Notes: generated from the letters alone by a model not told the origin. A stretch of 64,000 bases of DNA from Octopus vulgaris (GCA_951406725.2 OX597815.1:211048001-211112000), one strand, 5' to 3'; counted from the stretch's first letter, positions 38,591-51,580 are shown. Numbers and translations are program-made.

Positions 38591-39935
38591 GTTCTTTCTC
38601 ATGTTCAACTAATTTATTCCACTTTGCACTTCTTATGCTTACTAATTGCTCAACGTAGAGCAGCATTAGTTTCCTCTATCTTACCATTTATAAAACCATA
38701 TTGATTTGATTTGATTCCAAACTGAAATAAAGAAATTCTTATTCACGTAGCTTTATTAGAAAAAAAAAACGTATAAATGTCCATGTCTCTGCATACAATT
38801 ACAGCATTCGTATACATATGAATTTACTTAGAAGATACAACAGAGCCGGTTTATTGAACAGTGAGATTCATAGATATAGATCTCATCTTTCAATCGATTA
38901 CAAACGAAATTAATGGCTATTTTCCAATACCATTTGGTCGGTAGGAAAATAAAGGAAAATGGCTGTATCTCATAAAATATTTAAATTTCTGCGAATTATC
39001 ATTGAATCGAACAGAGGCAGTCATTTTAACAACTTTGCTTACAGTGTGTTTGCTTCAAGATAAAATAGATCGCCTCTGCAACATTGCCAATGTTGTAAGC
39101 CATGCGATCAGTTCCATTATCCATGGCGTCTGAATCAAGTCTAATGTCGCAACAAATCTATGTCTCTTACACCACTCATCGTTAACAGGGGCAGAGAAAG
39201 TTATTACCAGCAGCTAAGTTAACTTTCGTGTGCGGTTTGGTAGACCATGTTATAATTGTAGAATAAAATCATTGATGAGAGCAAAGGTGTTTCAAAAGTA
39301 ATCTCGTTCTCAAATCTTAAAACTCGCATTTTCTTTTCTTTTTTATGCGGAAGGACAGTTTATTTGGTTTTAATTTGATAGTCGACATCAGGTTATAAAC
39401 TCGGATCAAGACAGTGTTGCTGGCTTGTCTTCCATTGACCTCTGCATCTAATAATGTACTTAAATAAGATACAGATTTGCATTTACGTGTTAATTTTTGT
39501 TTCTGTCTTCTGTAATTGTATTTTGGATTTCTATATAGCTCGTTTTACCCACCCAAATCTATTAAGACAGTATTACCATCTCATCACATTAGTACTGCTA
39601 ATCATATACTGGCTCGTATAATTGCGAGTTATATTGATTACTCAACAACAAAACTAATGATATATATTACGATAGCAATACTAATGTCACCTATGGGTAT
39701 ATTATCGGAATTTCTATTCATGTTGTTGTTTCATTTACATTTTTAATTCAGTTATTTCATAGCATTTAGTAACATGTAAATGAGAAAATCCATATTTATA
39801 ATTTGCGCTAATTCATGGTTCCATATATATATATATATACATATATATATGAGTGTGTGTGTATTTCCATTTCTTTCTCCTCTTAATTTCACTTCTTTGA
39901 AATGTTGATTTTTATTAATTTGTGTAGTATTCTTT

Positions 39936-40197
39936 TATTCTTTTACTTGTTTCAGTCATTTGACTGCGGCTATGCTGGAGCACCGTCTTTAGTCGAGCAA
40001 ATCAACCCCAAGACTTATTCTTTGCAAGCCTAGCACTTATTCTATCGGTCTCGCTAAATTACGGGGACGTAAACACACCAGCATCGGTTTTCAAGTGATG
40101 TTGGCGGGGGGGGGGGGACAAACAGACACACAAAAACATATACACACACACACATACATATATACGACGGGCTTCTTTCAGTTTCCGTCTACCAAAT
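39936..40197 (-). mobile_element. SINE family B, 5'-truncated
   Basis: Matches the 3' two-thirds of family B. Confidence 0.8.
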
Positions 40198-40573
40198 GGG
40201 CTAATTGATGTATGATTAAACATTTATATTAGTTCGACATTGGCCACACTTTGTTGTCTATAGCATTACACCAGATCTCTGATATGAATTGCTCTGATTT
40301 CAGCCACAACCACCCAGCGTTTAGAAATAAAAATGTAATATTGTTTCAATTTACACCCAATGAGGACTGCCCACTGCTAAACAAGAACAATATTAAATTT
40401 ATTTTGAAAATGATAGTGTGTGAGCATCAGTTTAAATGGCATGTGTATGGGAATATCTGAAAAATCCTGTAGAAACTGCCAGAGAAAAAAATAAAAAAAT
40501 GAGCAACACGTTTTTCTTTGCAAAAATCATTTATTTTATAAACTATAACTTTGGAAAATGGCTATTTACAGCA

Positions 40574-40810
40574 CAAGTAAATCACAGCGGTGAGCTTGCT
40601 AGGGGCACTAGGTCTGTGGAGATTGACGACGTACCGTGAAAGAGGGAACACAAAGGAGAGAGGAGAAATGGAAAGACAAGAAAAGACGTCAACAAGAAAG
40701 TATGACATTACAACCAGCCAGGCAAAGTCTTCGCTACATTTGCGGCACCTGCCAGAGGGAGTGTTTGTCCAGGATAGGACTACACAGCCACAGCAGGAGA
40801 TGTATTAGGA
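40574..40810 (+). mobile_element. RTE/BovB-type LINE 3' coding remnant
   Basis: Frame not in the ORF track: YICGTCQRECLSRIGLHSHSRRC, the characteristic RTE C-terminal C2H-type motif. Confidence 0.8.
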
Positions 40811-40814
40811 CATG

Positions 40815-42270
40815 AAATGTAAAAGCCTATGAAGCCTATCCAGATTAACCGTACAGATCACAAATTTGTGGTCTGTGTAGCCGAAAATTTCAAATTGTGG
40901 ACATCTTATGCTATCCTTATCTATTGGCCCACAGAACAACCTATTTGAATATGACCGTGATGACCCTATGCGATCTGCCCAAGTCCACATTAGCGCATCC
41001 GGAAAATCCAGTCCGCACCTGTCAGCCAGTTGGAAGTAACTGGGCAGGTTTGCGAGGCTTTTACACCCACCTCTACTATCGGCTACACCCAGACGTGCAT
41101 GCAAAATAGTTACAATCACCCACTAATAGTAATGAGCGAGGCGTCCTTAGGAAAACCTCCAAGCGTCTGAAGAGGTCTGGTTGCCCTGTCCCCCCGTTGG
41201 GGCATAGGCAGGAACCAGTCTAAACGCACTACCTTCACTACTGCTCATGTCCAGGTCTACCAACTTATCCCCTGGTTCCAGGAAGAGCGTTCGTACCTTG
41301 AGATCCAGTCCTTTCCTGAGCAGCACTGTTACCCCGTCTCCTATTCCAGGCCGACTAAGAGATGCATAAATCTCAAAATCGTCAAAAATGGGAGCAAAGG
41401 TGCGTAAGTCGGAAACCCTGGTTTCGCTGACTGCTATCACATCCAAACGTAACGACCTGAGGTCATTGAGCAGGTGTCCTTGCTTCCTGGGTGACCCCAG
41501 GCGACCAGCACGGTCATGTTAAACACTGGGAGAATAAGGAAGTAGGCGAGAACTAATTACCGAGGTCCTTGTTGGAGAGGAGAGGAGTGGTGGTCCATTC
41601 TCAGTCTCTCTCACTGGACGTGGGTGTTCTCCCAAGCAAGTCGTTATAAAGTCTTTTGTTACATGACTTTTGGAAATCTCCTACAAAGTCAGGATATTTG
41701 TTTTTTAATGTGTTATAAGTGCTCTCAGTTGTTTTTATTTTTATGTGCTGTGGTATGTTAGTGTTGACACTTGGAGCAACGAGAGTGCTCTGGTTAATGT
41801 CCATGTAATGTTGAATGTCTTGTATTAATGTCTTGTTTTCGGTGTTAACAGCTGTGAAGTTTATAATTCCTGTTTTTTTGTTTGTTTGATACGGTGTAGT
41901 TTAACTGCTGTGTGTGTAAATTAAATAGCATTAGTGGTCGTTTCAAAGATAGTGATGTTGTTATTGTTGGCTGTGTCAGTGGAACTGTTGTTAGGAGTGA
42001 TGTGTTATTGTTGCTGCTGTTTCTATCCATCAAACTTACCAGTCTCTTCTAGTGGGTGCGGTTTTTTGTCTTCTTCTTTTCTTCCCTTTAGTGGGGGGCA
42101 ACTATTTCCCAGTTCTGTTCCTCCCCCATCAACTTCATTTTCGTGGTCCGAAAGGAGTAGTGGGATATCTTGTGGACGGTTTTGATTCTTTATTGAAATT
42201 GTTGTTTTGGGGTTTCCTGAGGTTGTCCTGGGATTTTCTGATTTCTCCGAACACGTGAGGATCAAGTCTT
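40815..42270 (-). mobile_element. Decayed Tx1/L1-type LINE (end of ORF1 plus APE domain)
   Basis: DVIAVSETR, GVTVLL, FRLVPAYAP, WTW..SRSY..R, TDH. ORF1 tail YNTLKNKYPDFVGDF resembles 17895-17970 of the first Tx1-like copy. Confidence 0.8.
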
Positions 42271-42274
42271 GCGG

Positions 42275-42445
42275 AGCTTTTTATGAGAGAAAGTTGGGGG
42301 CGAAAGAGTACAACAGGGGTCCCCACCCCCTGCCGGAGCCTCATGGAGCTTTAAAACGCACAACGCCCGGTCAATAAACACACAACGCCCAGTCTGGGAA
42401 TCGAAACCGCGATCCTCCGACCGTGAGTCCGCTGCCCTAACCACT
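42275..42445 (-). mobile_element. SINE family A, partial
   Basis: Head and central block only. Confidence 0.75.
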
Positions 42446-42458
42446 ATAAAATATTGAG

Positions 42459-42526
42459 TTAAAAACTCATTAGATAGAAACTGAAGGCTACCTTCGGCGT
42501 TTTCTATCTAATGGGGTTTTTTTTAA
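42459..42526. repeat. Hairpin of about 68 nt
   Basis: CTCATTAGATAGAAA-CTGAAGG-cta-CCTTCGG-cgt-TTTCTATCTAATGGG. Confidence 0.85.
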
Positions 42527-43112
42527 ACCCCATCGGATAATTTGTTTCTTTTTTTTTTTTTTATAATTTTACACTATAATACTTGCTTCGAGTTAAACCG
42601 TTCCAAAAGAAAATCTCTCGCATATAAACATTGCATGCGCACCTGCTTAGGTATTCCAGTTCAGTTTGTTTATGTTACCTTGCAGAACAGTAATGCTACA
42701 TCATTGTGACACTCAAAATAGAAATATATTTATGCTAGATTGTATTGCGAGTTAACATTTGACGAATCAAAAAATAACCGCCATTTACACTATGTATAGA
42801 ATTATACTATTACATTTAGTAAATTCTCGTAAAATCTGAATAATCAGCATTTACTCCATTATTCCTTCCATTTTTCTATTTTTATGCTTTTACGCATTTT
42901 GTAGATCACATTAATGGGACAAGTTTCAGAAATGTACTTGACATATCATGGGACTCATAGAATTAATTCTATTTAGAATGATATTTCGGGATTTGCTCTA
43001 AAACGATTTTCAACATTATAACTGCTCTTAGCATACACTTAACGAACTCTATCTGCCAGTTATATATCATCAGTTGGATTTTCTTTATTAAATTATATAC
43101 ACGAAAAGTTTT

Positions 43113-43480
43113 AGGCGCAGGAGTGGCTGTGTGGTAAGTAGCTTGCTTACGAACCACATGGTTCCGGGTTCAGTCCTACTATTCTTCTACTATAGCCTCG
43201 GGTCGACCAAAGCCTTGTGAGTGGATTTGGTAGGCGTAAACTGAAAGAAGCCCGTCGTATATATGTATATATATGTGTGTATGTGTTTGTCCCCCACCCC
43301 ACTCCCAACATCGCTTGACAACCGATGCTGCTTCCCGTAACTTAGCGGTTCGGCAAAAAAGACTGGTAGAATAAGTACTAGGCTTACAAAAAATAAGTCC
43401 TGGGGTCGATTTGCTCGACGAAAGGCGGTGCTCCAGCATGGCCGCAGTCAAATGACTGAAACAAGTAAAAGAGAGTAAAG
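43113..43480 (+). mobile_element. SINE family B with internal deletions
   Basis: Head and tail intact. Confidence 0.85.
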
Positions 43481-43631
43481 AGTACACATTTTATATATAC
43501 ATTTACATATGCGATTTGATCGGTAAAACATTCGTAATACCGAATGAACTAAAGGCAAAGAGCCCTAGGTGGTTCGAAATTGCGTCGGTACAGGCATCTC
43601 ACTGGGAAGAAATATATTGCTAAGTAGCTAG

Positions 43632-43866
43632 AAGGCGGCGAGCTGGCAGAAACGTTAGCACGCCGGGCGAAATGCGTAGCAGTATTTCGTCTGCCGTTAC
43701 GTTCTGAGTTCAAATTCCGCCGAGGTCGACTTTGCGTTCCATCCTCTCGGGGTCGATAAATTAAGTACCAGTTACGCACTGGGGTCAATGTAATCGACTT
43801 AATCCGTTTGTCTGTCCTTGTTTGTACCCTCTGTGTTTAGCCCCTTGTGGGCAATAAAGAAATAAA
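43632..43866 (+). mobile_element. SINE family C, full length, young
   Basis: AGGCGGCGAGCTGGCAGAAACGTTAGC head, GAGTTCAAATTCC B box, GGGGTCGATAAATTAAGTACCAG Meta-like block, AATAAAGAAATA tail. Confidence 0.9.
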
Positions 43867-44271
43867 AAATATATATATATTGCTAAGTAGTTAGCTTCAG
43901 TTTTGTTGTTTCGAGATCGAACACCTCTGTGTCATATCAACCTCTAGCATTTTTTCGTGGTTTCTGAAATAACTATCAATAAGATTAATGCTTCTACTAA
44001 ACCACAGACACACTAAACATTGCGAAATTTGGCCTTTACACATCTTCAAAAGAAATCAATAATTTGTTTGAGACGAAAGCTGAAAGAAATAAATACTAGC
44101 GTAAGTTCACTGGCAATCGAGACCACAATGAGCGTTTAATTCACATACGGAACCATTTCGCTTACATAATGCCACTAATCACCTACCAAATACACCAATA
44201 TCATACTTCACATTTCCATTCCACTAAAATATCGGATATTTATGTTCTGTTAAAAAAAATGTTGCTGCTGT

Positions 44272-44632
44272 CTTATTCTTCTTCTTCTTGCTACGTTGTT
44301 ATCCTTATTCCGTAAACGGTGGCTTTTAACGGGTGGAGAGCTGGACCATCCTGGGGTACAGAGGATTCGCAATCTAGACTAGGGTCTGAAAGTTTACCAC
44401 ACCATTGTGGGTTACACCATGGTTCCTCTGCTTTGTGGCTGAAGTAGGAAGAAAGAGCGAGAGAAAGTTGTGGCGAAAGAGTACAGCGGGGTTCATCCCC
44501 ACCACCCGCCGGAGCCTCGTGGAGCTTAGGTGTTTTTGCTCAATAAACACTCACAATGCCCAGTCTGGGAATCGAAACCGCTTTCTTACGACCGCAAGTC
44601 CGCTACCCTAACCACTGGGCCATTGTGCCTCC
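44272..44632 (-). mobile_element. SINE family A, tail type 3
   Basis: Family A head and central block with a third unrelated tail ending in (GAA)n. Confidence 0.75.
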
Positions 44633-44945
44633 TGCTGCTGCTGTTACAGCTGTTACTGTGTATCATGTTGTTGATAGTGGTGGTACTAGTGTATGTGCTG
44701 GTGGCGATAGTTAGTCATAAATCTGCACTGATGGAGCCATCCAACGATCAGAAGAATTCTAACCGTGACAATCCCAACTTACTTTTAACCCGGGATGCTA
44801 TCTGATGCTACATTATCCCAATATGTCCAACTTTTAAGATTTTAGACTGAGTTTTCAGTGGGATTTGGCTGCTAATTCTAGCTGTCGGGCACTATCGTCG
44901 GCTTGTTTTCTGGGGTTTTTTTCTGTTTGTTTGTTTTAGTTGTAT

Positions 44946-45048
44946 GGTGTTTTCGCTCAATAAACACACAACGCCCGGTCTGGGAATCGAAACCGCGATC
45001 CTCCGAACGCGAGTCCGCTGCCCTAACCACTGGGCCATTGCGCCTCCA
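44946..45048 (-). mobile_element. SINE family A, head only
   Basis: TGGAGGCGCAATGGCCCAGTGG.. in reverse. Confidence 0.75.
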
Positions 45049-45630
45049 GACTATAAATATTGAGTTAAAACTCATTGGATAGCTGCAAACTAACCCTGAT
45101 CAATCAGTTATATCTTCAATGACAATTCAGTCATGACCATCCCGTCTTTTATATATACAACTAAGACTACACTGCATTCTTCAATGTGTTCCTTCATTTT
45201 TAAGAATGATTTAACGATACAATTCCAGAGTGATATGGGTGCTATTTCTAGCCAGTCAACTAGCCACCTAGAGGCCAGCTGATTAATTGTATGTTATTTA
45301 TCTAAAGTGGAAACCATTTTAGCAAAGGAAACTATCCCATTTTACCACTGATTTCAAGATAAGTAAATCGAAGATGCAACATAACTTTTATCAAAGGTAT
45401 TAATCAACACGGGGAAAAGTAAATAGCGTCAGTATAGAAAATCGAAAGCGGAACGTCGTGAATTTACATTAAGCTATACATCATCGTCTTAGTTCAATGA
45501 ATAACTGTGAGGTAGAAAATATTGTATTTTGTGAAAATCTTACAACAGCGACCATTGTACATTTGCTCATAAATTCTTTCTAACTTTTGGCACAAGACCA
45601 ATAATCTTGAATAGAGGTAGAATCGTTACT

Positions 45631-46108
45631 TATTTCTTTATTGCCCACAAGGGGCTAAACATAGAGGGGGACAAACAAGGACAGACAAAGGGTTTAAGTC
45701 GATTACATCTACCCCAGTGCGTAACTAGTACTTAATTTATCGACCCCGAAAGGATTAAGGGTAAAGTTGACCTCGGCGAAATTTGAACTCAGAACATAAA
45801 GGCAGACGAAATACCGGTAAGCATTTTGCCCTGCGCGCTAACGATTCTGCCAGCTCAGCGCCTTTCTTAGTTTCCTATTTCTTTATTGCCCACAAGGGGC
45901 TAAACATAGAGGGGACAATCAAGGACAGACAAACAGATTAAGTCGATTACATCGACCCCAGTGCGTAAGTGGTACTTAATTTATCAACCCCGAAAGGATG
46001 AAAGGCAAAGTCGACCACGGCGGAATTTGAACGCAGAACGTAATGGCAGACGAAATACCGCTAAGCATTTCGCCCTGCGCGCTAACGTTTCTGCTAGCTC
46101 GCCGCCTT
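45631..46108 (-). mobile_element. Head-to-tail dimer of SINE family C (45631-45864, 45876-46108)
   Basis: Two full copies flanked by a 39-bp direct repeat. Confidence 0.85.
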
Positions 46109-46841
46109 ACAAGGCCAATAATCTTGAATAGAGGTAGAATCGTTACTGCACCAGACGAAGTGTTGAGCAGCATTTCTTCCGGCTCTTTAAATTCTGAGCT
46201 TAAATTGTGCCGAGGTCGAAAAAAATCCCATTTTCCTTAGCGGTGTCGTATGAAATTGTCACCCATAATATAGCCCTAGTATCGGTCTATTGCATTTCAA
46301 TCTATTTCAGATTTAGGGTTAGGGATGGGGGAAGGGTATATTTTTTTTTCTTCGCAAATGTAAATAAACCCAATCTGTTTCTTAAACGAGGGACATATAC
46401 AGCACGGAATGTTTTCACCCCAAATGGAGGTCAGCGATTGGTTAAAATTACCGAAATATCTTACAAACTATAGAATTTTCTCAATAAAGCCAAGAAAAAA
46501 TGTTTTATAAACACATTCTAGCAGTATATGAAGTTTAAAAGTGTTTAGTTAACTAGAAATTGTGTTGACATGTGCCGTTCAAAAGGAAAAGATCTGTAAC
46601 CTTTTTTTATTTTTAATATATCAGAAAATTCGACATATCTTCAAAAGTTATCACTGATGGTAATTCGTCGAATTGAACCCGCAATGGTACATTTTCTATC
46701 CTACATCCGAATATCTCTTTCACTCTGGCTGCCTTTTCATCATCTGCTTTCATGTTTCGATTCACCTCTTTATCTTCGAGCAAGACAGATTCCAGCAAGG
46801 CCTTCAAGTAAGACATCGCGATTCTTTTATTTTATTATTCA

Positions 46842-47348
46842 CTAGCAGTATCGCCCGGGTTTGTAAGGGAAATAACTATATAAGCATTTTTAGAGAGTTA
46901 CTTCCCTTATAGATGCCGATTCGGGCTTTCTTAGCCATTTCTGTTTTGGTGTCTTCAAGCCATGAAGTCGTTGTTCTAAAAGAACGCTGGTCTCCTTGAC
47001 AACGCTTTACGACATTGATTTCCTTACACTCCCTTCCCCACAGCTTCACGAGGGAGGGAAGAAGAGGGAGAAGCAAACACAGGTGCAGGTGTTTGAGCGT
47101 GGACGCCAACTCCGCCGCCATCGACACACGAAAAATTATGCATTAAAATGGAATAAAAAATGATGTTAAATTATTTTTTAAATCGTAGACTCATCGTAGA
47201 CGCGCGCTAATAGCCAGACGGGCTCGATATGAATCACGACTATAAGATACCCGGTTTTGGTTAAACTGCACCGCAAAATGTGGGAGGAGTTAGGAATCTA
47301 AATCGTAGGAGACAGACACTCACACAACTAGAGTTTTATATATATAGA
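46842..47348 (-). mobile_element. Non-autonomous Helitron, family 1
   Basis: Reverse copy of 27520-28032; TC/CTAG ends at an AT site; terminal hairpin partly deleted. Confidence 0.85.
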
Positions 47349-47480
47349 TTTTTTTTCAACCTTTAACAATGTGCAACGATTACTGTGTCTGCATTTTTCT
47401 CTTCCAGATAGCTAATACTTAAGCCAACGCAACTAATGTATTCTTACGTATTATCCTGATAACCAGTGAATCTGTGATAA

Positions 47481-47960
47481 TTCTTCTTCTGCCTTTAACC
47501 CTCCAACACGGAGTATCGGCCACTTATAGTTGAATTCCATGTCACATAATTTTTTGCTTCTGTACTTATACTCTGCCATGAAAGTCCCCCTTTCCCTAGT
47601 TCCTTTTGTGTTGATCTCCGCCACAAGTTCTTAGGCCTACCTCTCCTTCTATATCCATCCGAATTCCACTTTAAAGCACTTTTCGCTACATTTCGTTTGT
47701 CTTTTCTAATTGTGCTACCATTCCACTTCCACTTCTTAAATATTTGCTCCCTAATCGAAACTTGATTTGTTCTTTGCCATAGCTCCATATTGCTTATGTG
47801 TTCGGGCCATCTAATTTTAAGTATACTACGCAAGCATCTGTTGATGAATGATTCTATTTGCTTATTTGACTTGACTGTTGCTCGCCATGTCTCAGCCCCA
47901 TACAATAACACCGCTTTTACGTTGGGGTTAAAAATTCTTATTTTGTTCTTTATTGAAATT
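47481..47960 (-). mobile_element. RTE-clade LINE, 5'-truncated 3' fragment
   Basis: LLYGAETW, RCLRSILKIRWPEHISN, RRRGRPK.LWRR; (GAA)n tail. Confidence 0.9.
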
Positions 47961-48241
47961 ACATACTTAATACGCGCATTTATATCTTTTATCTTTTTTT
48001 TTTACCTTCACATGTTTCAGTGATTTGACTGCGGACAAGCTGGAGCACCGCCTTGATGGGATTATATTTGAACAAATCAACCCCAGGGCTTATATGTTTT
48101 AAACCTAGTATTTATTATATCGGTCCCTTTTGCCGACTTGCTAAGTTACGAGGACAAAAACCCACCAACACCGGTTGTCAAACAGTGATGGAGGACAGAC
48201 ACAAAGACTCACACACACAGATATATATATATATATAGATA

Positions 48242-48279
<38 letters not shown>

Positions 48280-48281
<2 letters not shown>

Positions 48282-49040
48282 TCATCATCATCATCATTTA
48301 GCGTCCGTTCTCCATGCTAGCATGGGTTGGACGGTTCAACTGGGGTCTGTGAAGCTGGAAGGCTTCATCAGCCCCAGTCAGATCTGGCAGTGTTTCTACG
48401 GCTGGATGCCCTTCCTAACGCCAACCACTCCGTGAGTGTAGTGGGTGCTTTTTACGCGCCACCTGCACAGGTGCCAGACAGAGCTGGCAAACGGCCACGA
48501 ACGGATGGTGCTTTTACGTGTCACCGGCACGGGGCCAGGCGAGGCTGGCAACGGACACGAACGGATGGTGCTTTTACGTGCCACCAACACGGGGGCCAGA
48601 CAGAGCTGGAAAACGGCCACGAAACGGATGGTGCTTTTACGTGTCACCGGCACGGGGACTAGGCGAGGCTGGCAACGGGCACGAACGGATGGTGCTTTTA
48701 CATGCCACCGACACGGGGGCCAGACAGGGCTGGCAAACGGCCACGAACGGATGGTGCTTTTACGTGTCACCGGCACGGGGGCCAGGCGAGGCTGGCAACG
48801 GACACGAACGGATGGTGCTTTTACATGTCACCGACATGGGGGCCAGACAGGGCTGGCAAACGGCCACGAACGGATGGTGCTTTTACGTGTCACCGGCACG
48901 GGGGCCAGACAGGGCTGGCAAACGGCCACAAACGGATGGTGCTTTTACGTGTCACCGGCACGGGGGCCAGGCCAGGCTGGCAACGAACACGAACGGATGG
49001 TGCTTTTACGTGCCACCGACACGGGGGCCAGACAGGGCTG
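48280..49040 (-). mobile_element. SINE-like family E with ten 60-63-bp tandem units, between two halves of a decayed family B copy (48010-48230, 49041-49168)
   Basis: GGTGCTTTT at about 48444, 48507, 48567, 48630, 48691, 48753, 48814, 48876, 48938 and 48999. Confidence 0.85.
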
Positions 49041-49210
49041 ATGACGGGCTTCTTTCAGGTTCCGTCTACCAGATCCACTCACAAGGTTTTGATCGGCCCA
49101 GGGCTATAACAGTGCGACTGAACACGGAACCAAGTGATTGGGAAGCAAATTTCTTACCACACAGCCTATGCACAGAAAAAAAATGGTTGAACTTTCACTA
49201 GTTTGCCTTA

Positions 49211-49601
49211 TCTATATATATAAAGCTGAAGTTGTCTGTATGTGGCAGGTTTGGTAGCCTTCATTTAACATTATCTCCTCCGAGACCCTGCGGCACAAGT
49301 TGACCAAAATTGAGAGCATGATAGAATAAGGCTTTCTCTTCATTCCATAGAAAATAAAATTCAAATCGGACAATGTTAACACCAAAATTTATTTACATCA
49401 AAAAGGTGCTTTTTTTTCTATGAAAATCTCTATTTTTTACAATTTTTTGACTGCTGTGTTGCCATTTTTCGGTGTATTTCAACCAGAAAAATGTTCACTT
49501 AAAGAGAATGACAAGCTACATAATGGAAAATTTTTACTTTTCAAAAATTCCAATTCTAAAGGGTCGAAACAAACCCGAGCAACGTCGGGCGATACTGCTA
49601 G
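49211..49601 (+). mobile_element. Non-autonomous Helitron, family 2
   Basis: A|TCTATATATATAAAG start; CCCGAGCAACGTCGGG hairpin; GATACTGCTAG|T end. Confidence 0.85.
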
Positions 49602-50269
49602 TTTATAACGCATGCCGCCAGCGTGATCTTACACTCAAAATAAGTATACAGAATCATTCCTTTTAACCAAAACCACGCGACGCTGGTTTTTAACAGACAT
49701 AAATAAGCAAGCTACCGACAAGTATATTTAAGGAGTGCGTTAAATACTAAATACAGGTGGTGGAAGATATAGAACGACAACCAAGATTCGAAATCGGATC
49801 GAAGGTTTACGATCACCTGGTATTTATCTTTTGCACAACAACGCTCGAGTGGTTGTTTCCTTTTCATTAAGCAACCAACATAAAAGGGGGGAAAAAGCTA
49901 AAATTTTTACTTCTGATCTTTGGCTGCCGGGAATATTCATTGATTGGTAACAAACACACCTATACTTATTTTCACTAAAATTATTAGTTTTGATACAAAG
50001 TAATACCAATACTTGCTGCTTAATGATTAAATTATTTACTGGTATTTACTGGAGTTTATACATTTTCTACAGTCAAAATATCTAGAATACAAGGCTTGAT
50101 ATCGATGGTGATCATTATATACTAAATAACATTTAATTGGCTGGGAGAGCCGAAAATATTAATGGAGTCATTTCACTTCCATGCCTTCTAGCACGGCGTG
50201 TCTTTTGTTCTTGGAAAGTTCTCTGAAATTATTGTAAACATAGTATTTTGATTACAATTTTAGGTGCAA

Positions 50270-50438
50270 ATAAATATATATACATATATATATACATGCG
50301 TTTGCACGCGAATGTGTGACTATATATGCATGTGATGTATGTGCGCGCGCGCGCACACACACACACACACACATATATATGTATAATGATATATACATTC
50401 GTACATGTGTGTGTAGTGTGAATACACTCACATGCTTA

Positions 50439-50487
<49 letters not shown>

Positions 50488-50916
50488 ATATATATATGTC
50501 TGTGGATATATATATCTGTATATATATATGTGTGTGTGTGTATATATATGTATGTGTGTATGTGTGTGTGTATATATATGTATGTGTGTATGTGTGTGTG
50601 TATATATGTGTGTATGTGTGTGTGTATATATGTGTGTATGTGTGTGTGTATATATGTGTGTATGTGTGTGTGTATATATGTGTGTGTGTATGTGTGTGTG
50701 TATATATATGTATGTGTATATATGTGTGTGTATATATGTGTGTGTGTATATATGTGTGTGTGTATATATGTGTGTGTGTGTATATGTGTGTGTGTATATG
50801 TGTGTGTGTGTATATGTGTGTGTGTATATATGTGTGTGTGTGTGTGTGTATATATGTATGTGTGTGTGTATATATGTATGTGTGTGTGTGTATATGTATG
50901 TGTGTGTGTATATGTA

Positions 50917-50948
<32 letters not shown>

Positions 50949-50950
50949 CT
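50270..50950. repeat. Compound (TG)/(TA) microsatellite
   Basis: About 680 bp of alternating purine-pyrimidine sequence. Confidence 0.95.
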
Positions 50951-51273
50951 TGCACATACATAACTATGCATGTATGTATTGATAGGTGTTCTTTTATTAG
51001 TCGAGAAAGTACAGTTGCGCAAGTTTTTTAGCGTTTCATGTCAATGCCATTATCAAACTGACTGAAATGAAAACATTGAATCAATATCACAACAAACATA
51101 TTTGACCTTTCCGAATAAAAAATGTTACCATTATGACCACTTGATTTAGAAGGCTTCAAACCTCACTAAATAGTGGTTAATGAAAATATAGATAGCCAAA
51201 AGCATAATTAACTTCTTGTATGCCCGAGGGTATACGGGAATAATGGAACAGACAACAATAAGTGTGTGTATGT

Positions 51274-51580
51274 GTGAAGATGCGTGGTTCAGTTGGTAGA
51301 GTGTTGGGCTTACAATAGTGAAGTTGTGAGTTCGATTCCCGGACTGGCTGTGTTGTGTTTTTGAGCAAAACACTTTTACACGTTGCTCCTGTTTACTCGG
51401 CTGTAGAAATGAACTGCGAAGTCACTGGTTACAATCTAGGGTGACGTGGAGACGGGGAAACTGGTATGCACGGGCAACTGTTGGTCTTTCACAACTAATC
51501 TTGCTCGAACTTGTGCCACAGACGGGAACTTTCTAAGTGCAATTCCGTGGCCCTCGTGAACGAAGTGGGTCTTAACCTTT
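51274..51580 (+). mobile_element. SINE family D, full length
   Basis: A box TGGTTCAGTTGG, B box GAGTTCGATTCCC. Confidence 0.75.

Noticed and set aside
46312-46325. Telomeric repeat TTAGGG
   Set aside because: Only two units, inside an apparent dispersed repeat.
48440-49040. CRISPR-like regular array
   Set aside because: No unique spacers; whole units repeat inside a eukaryotic SINE-like element, and there are no cas genes.
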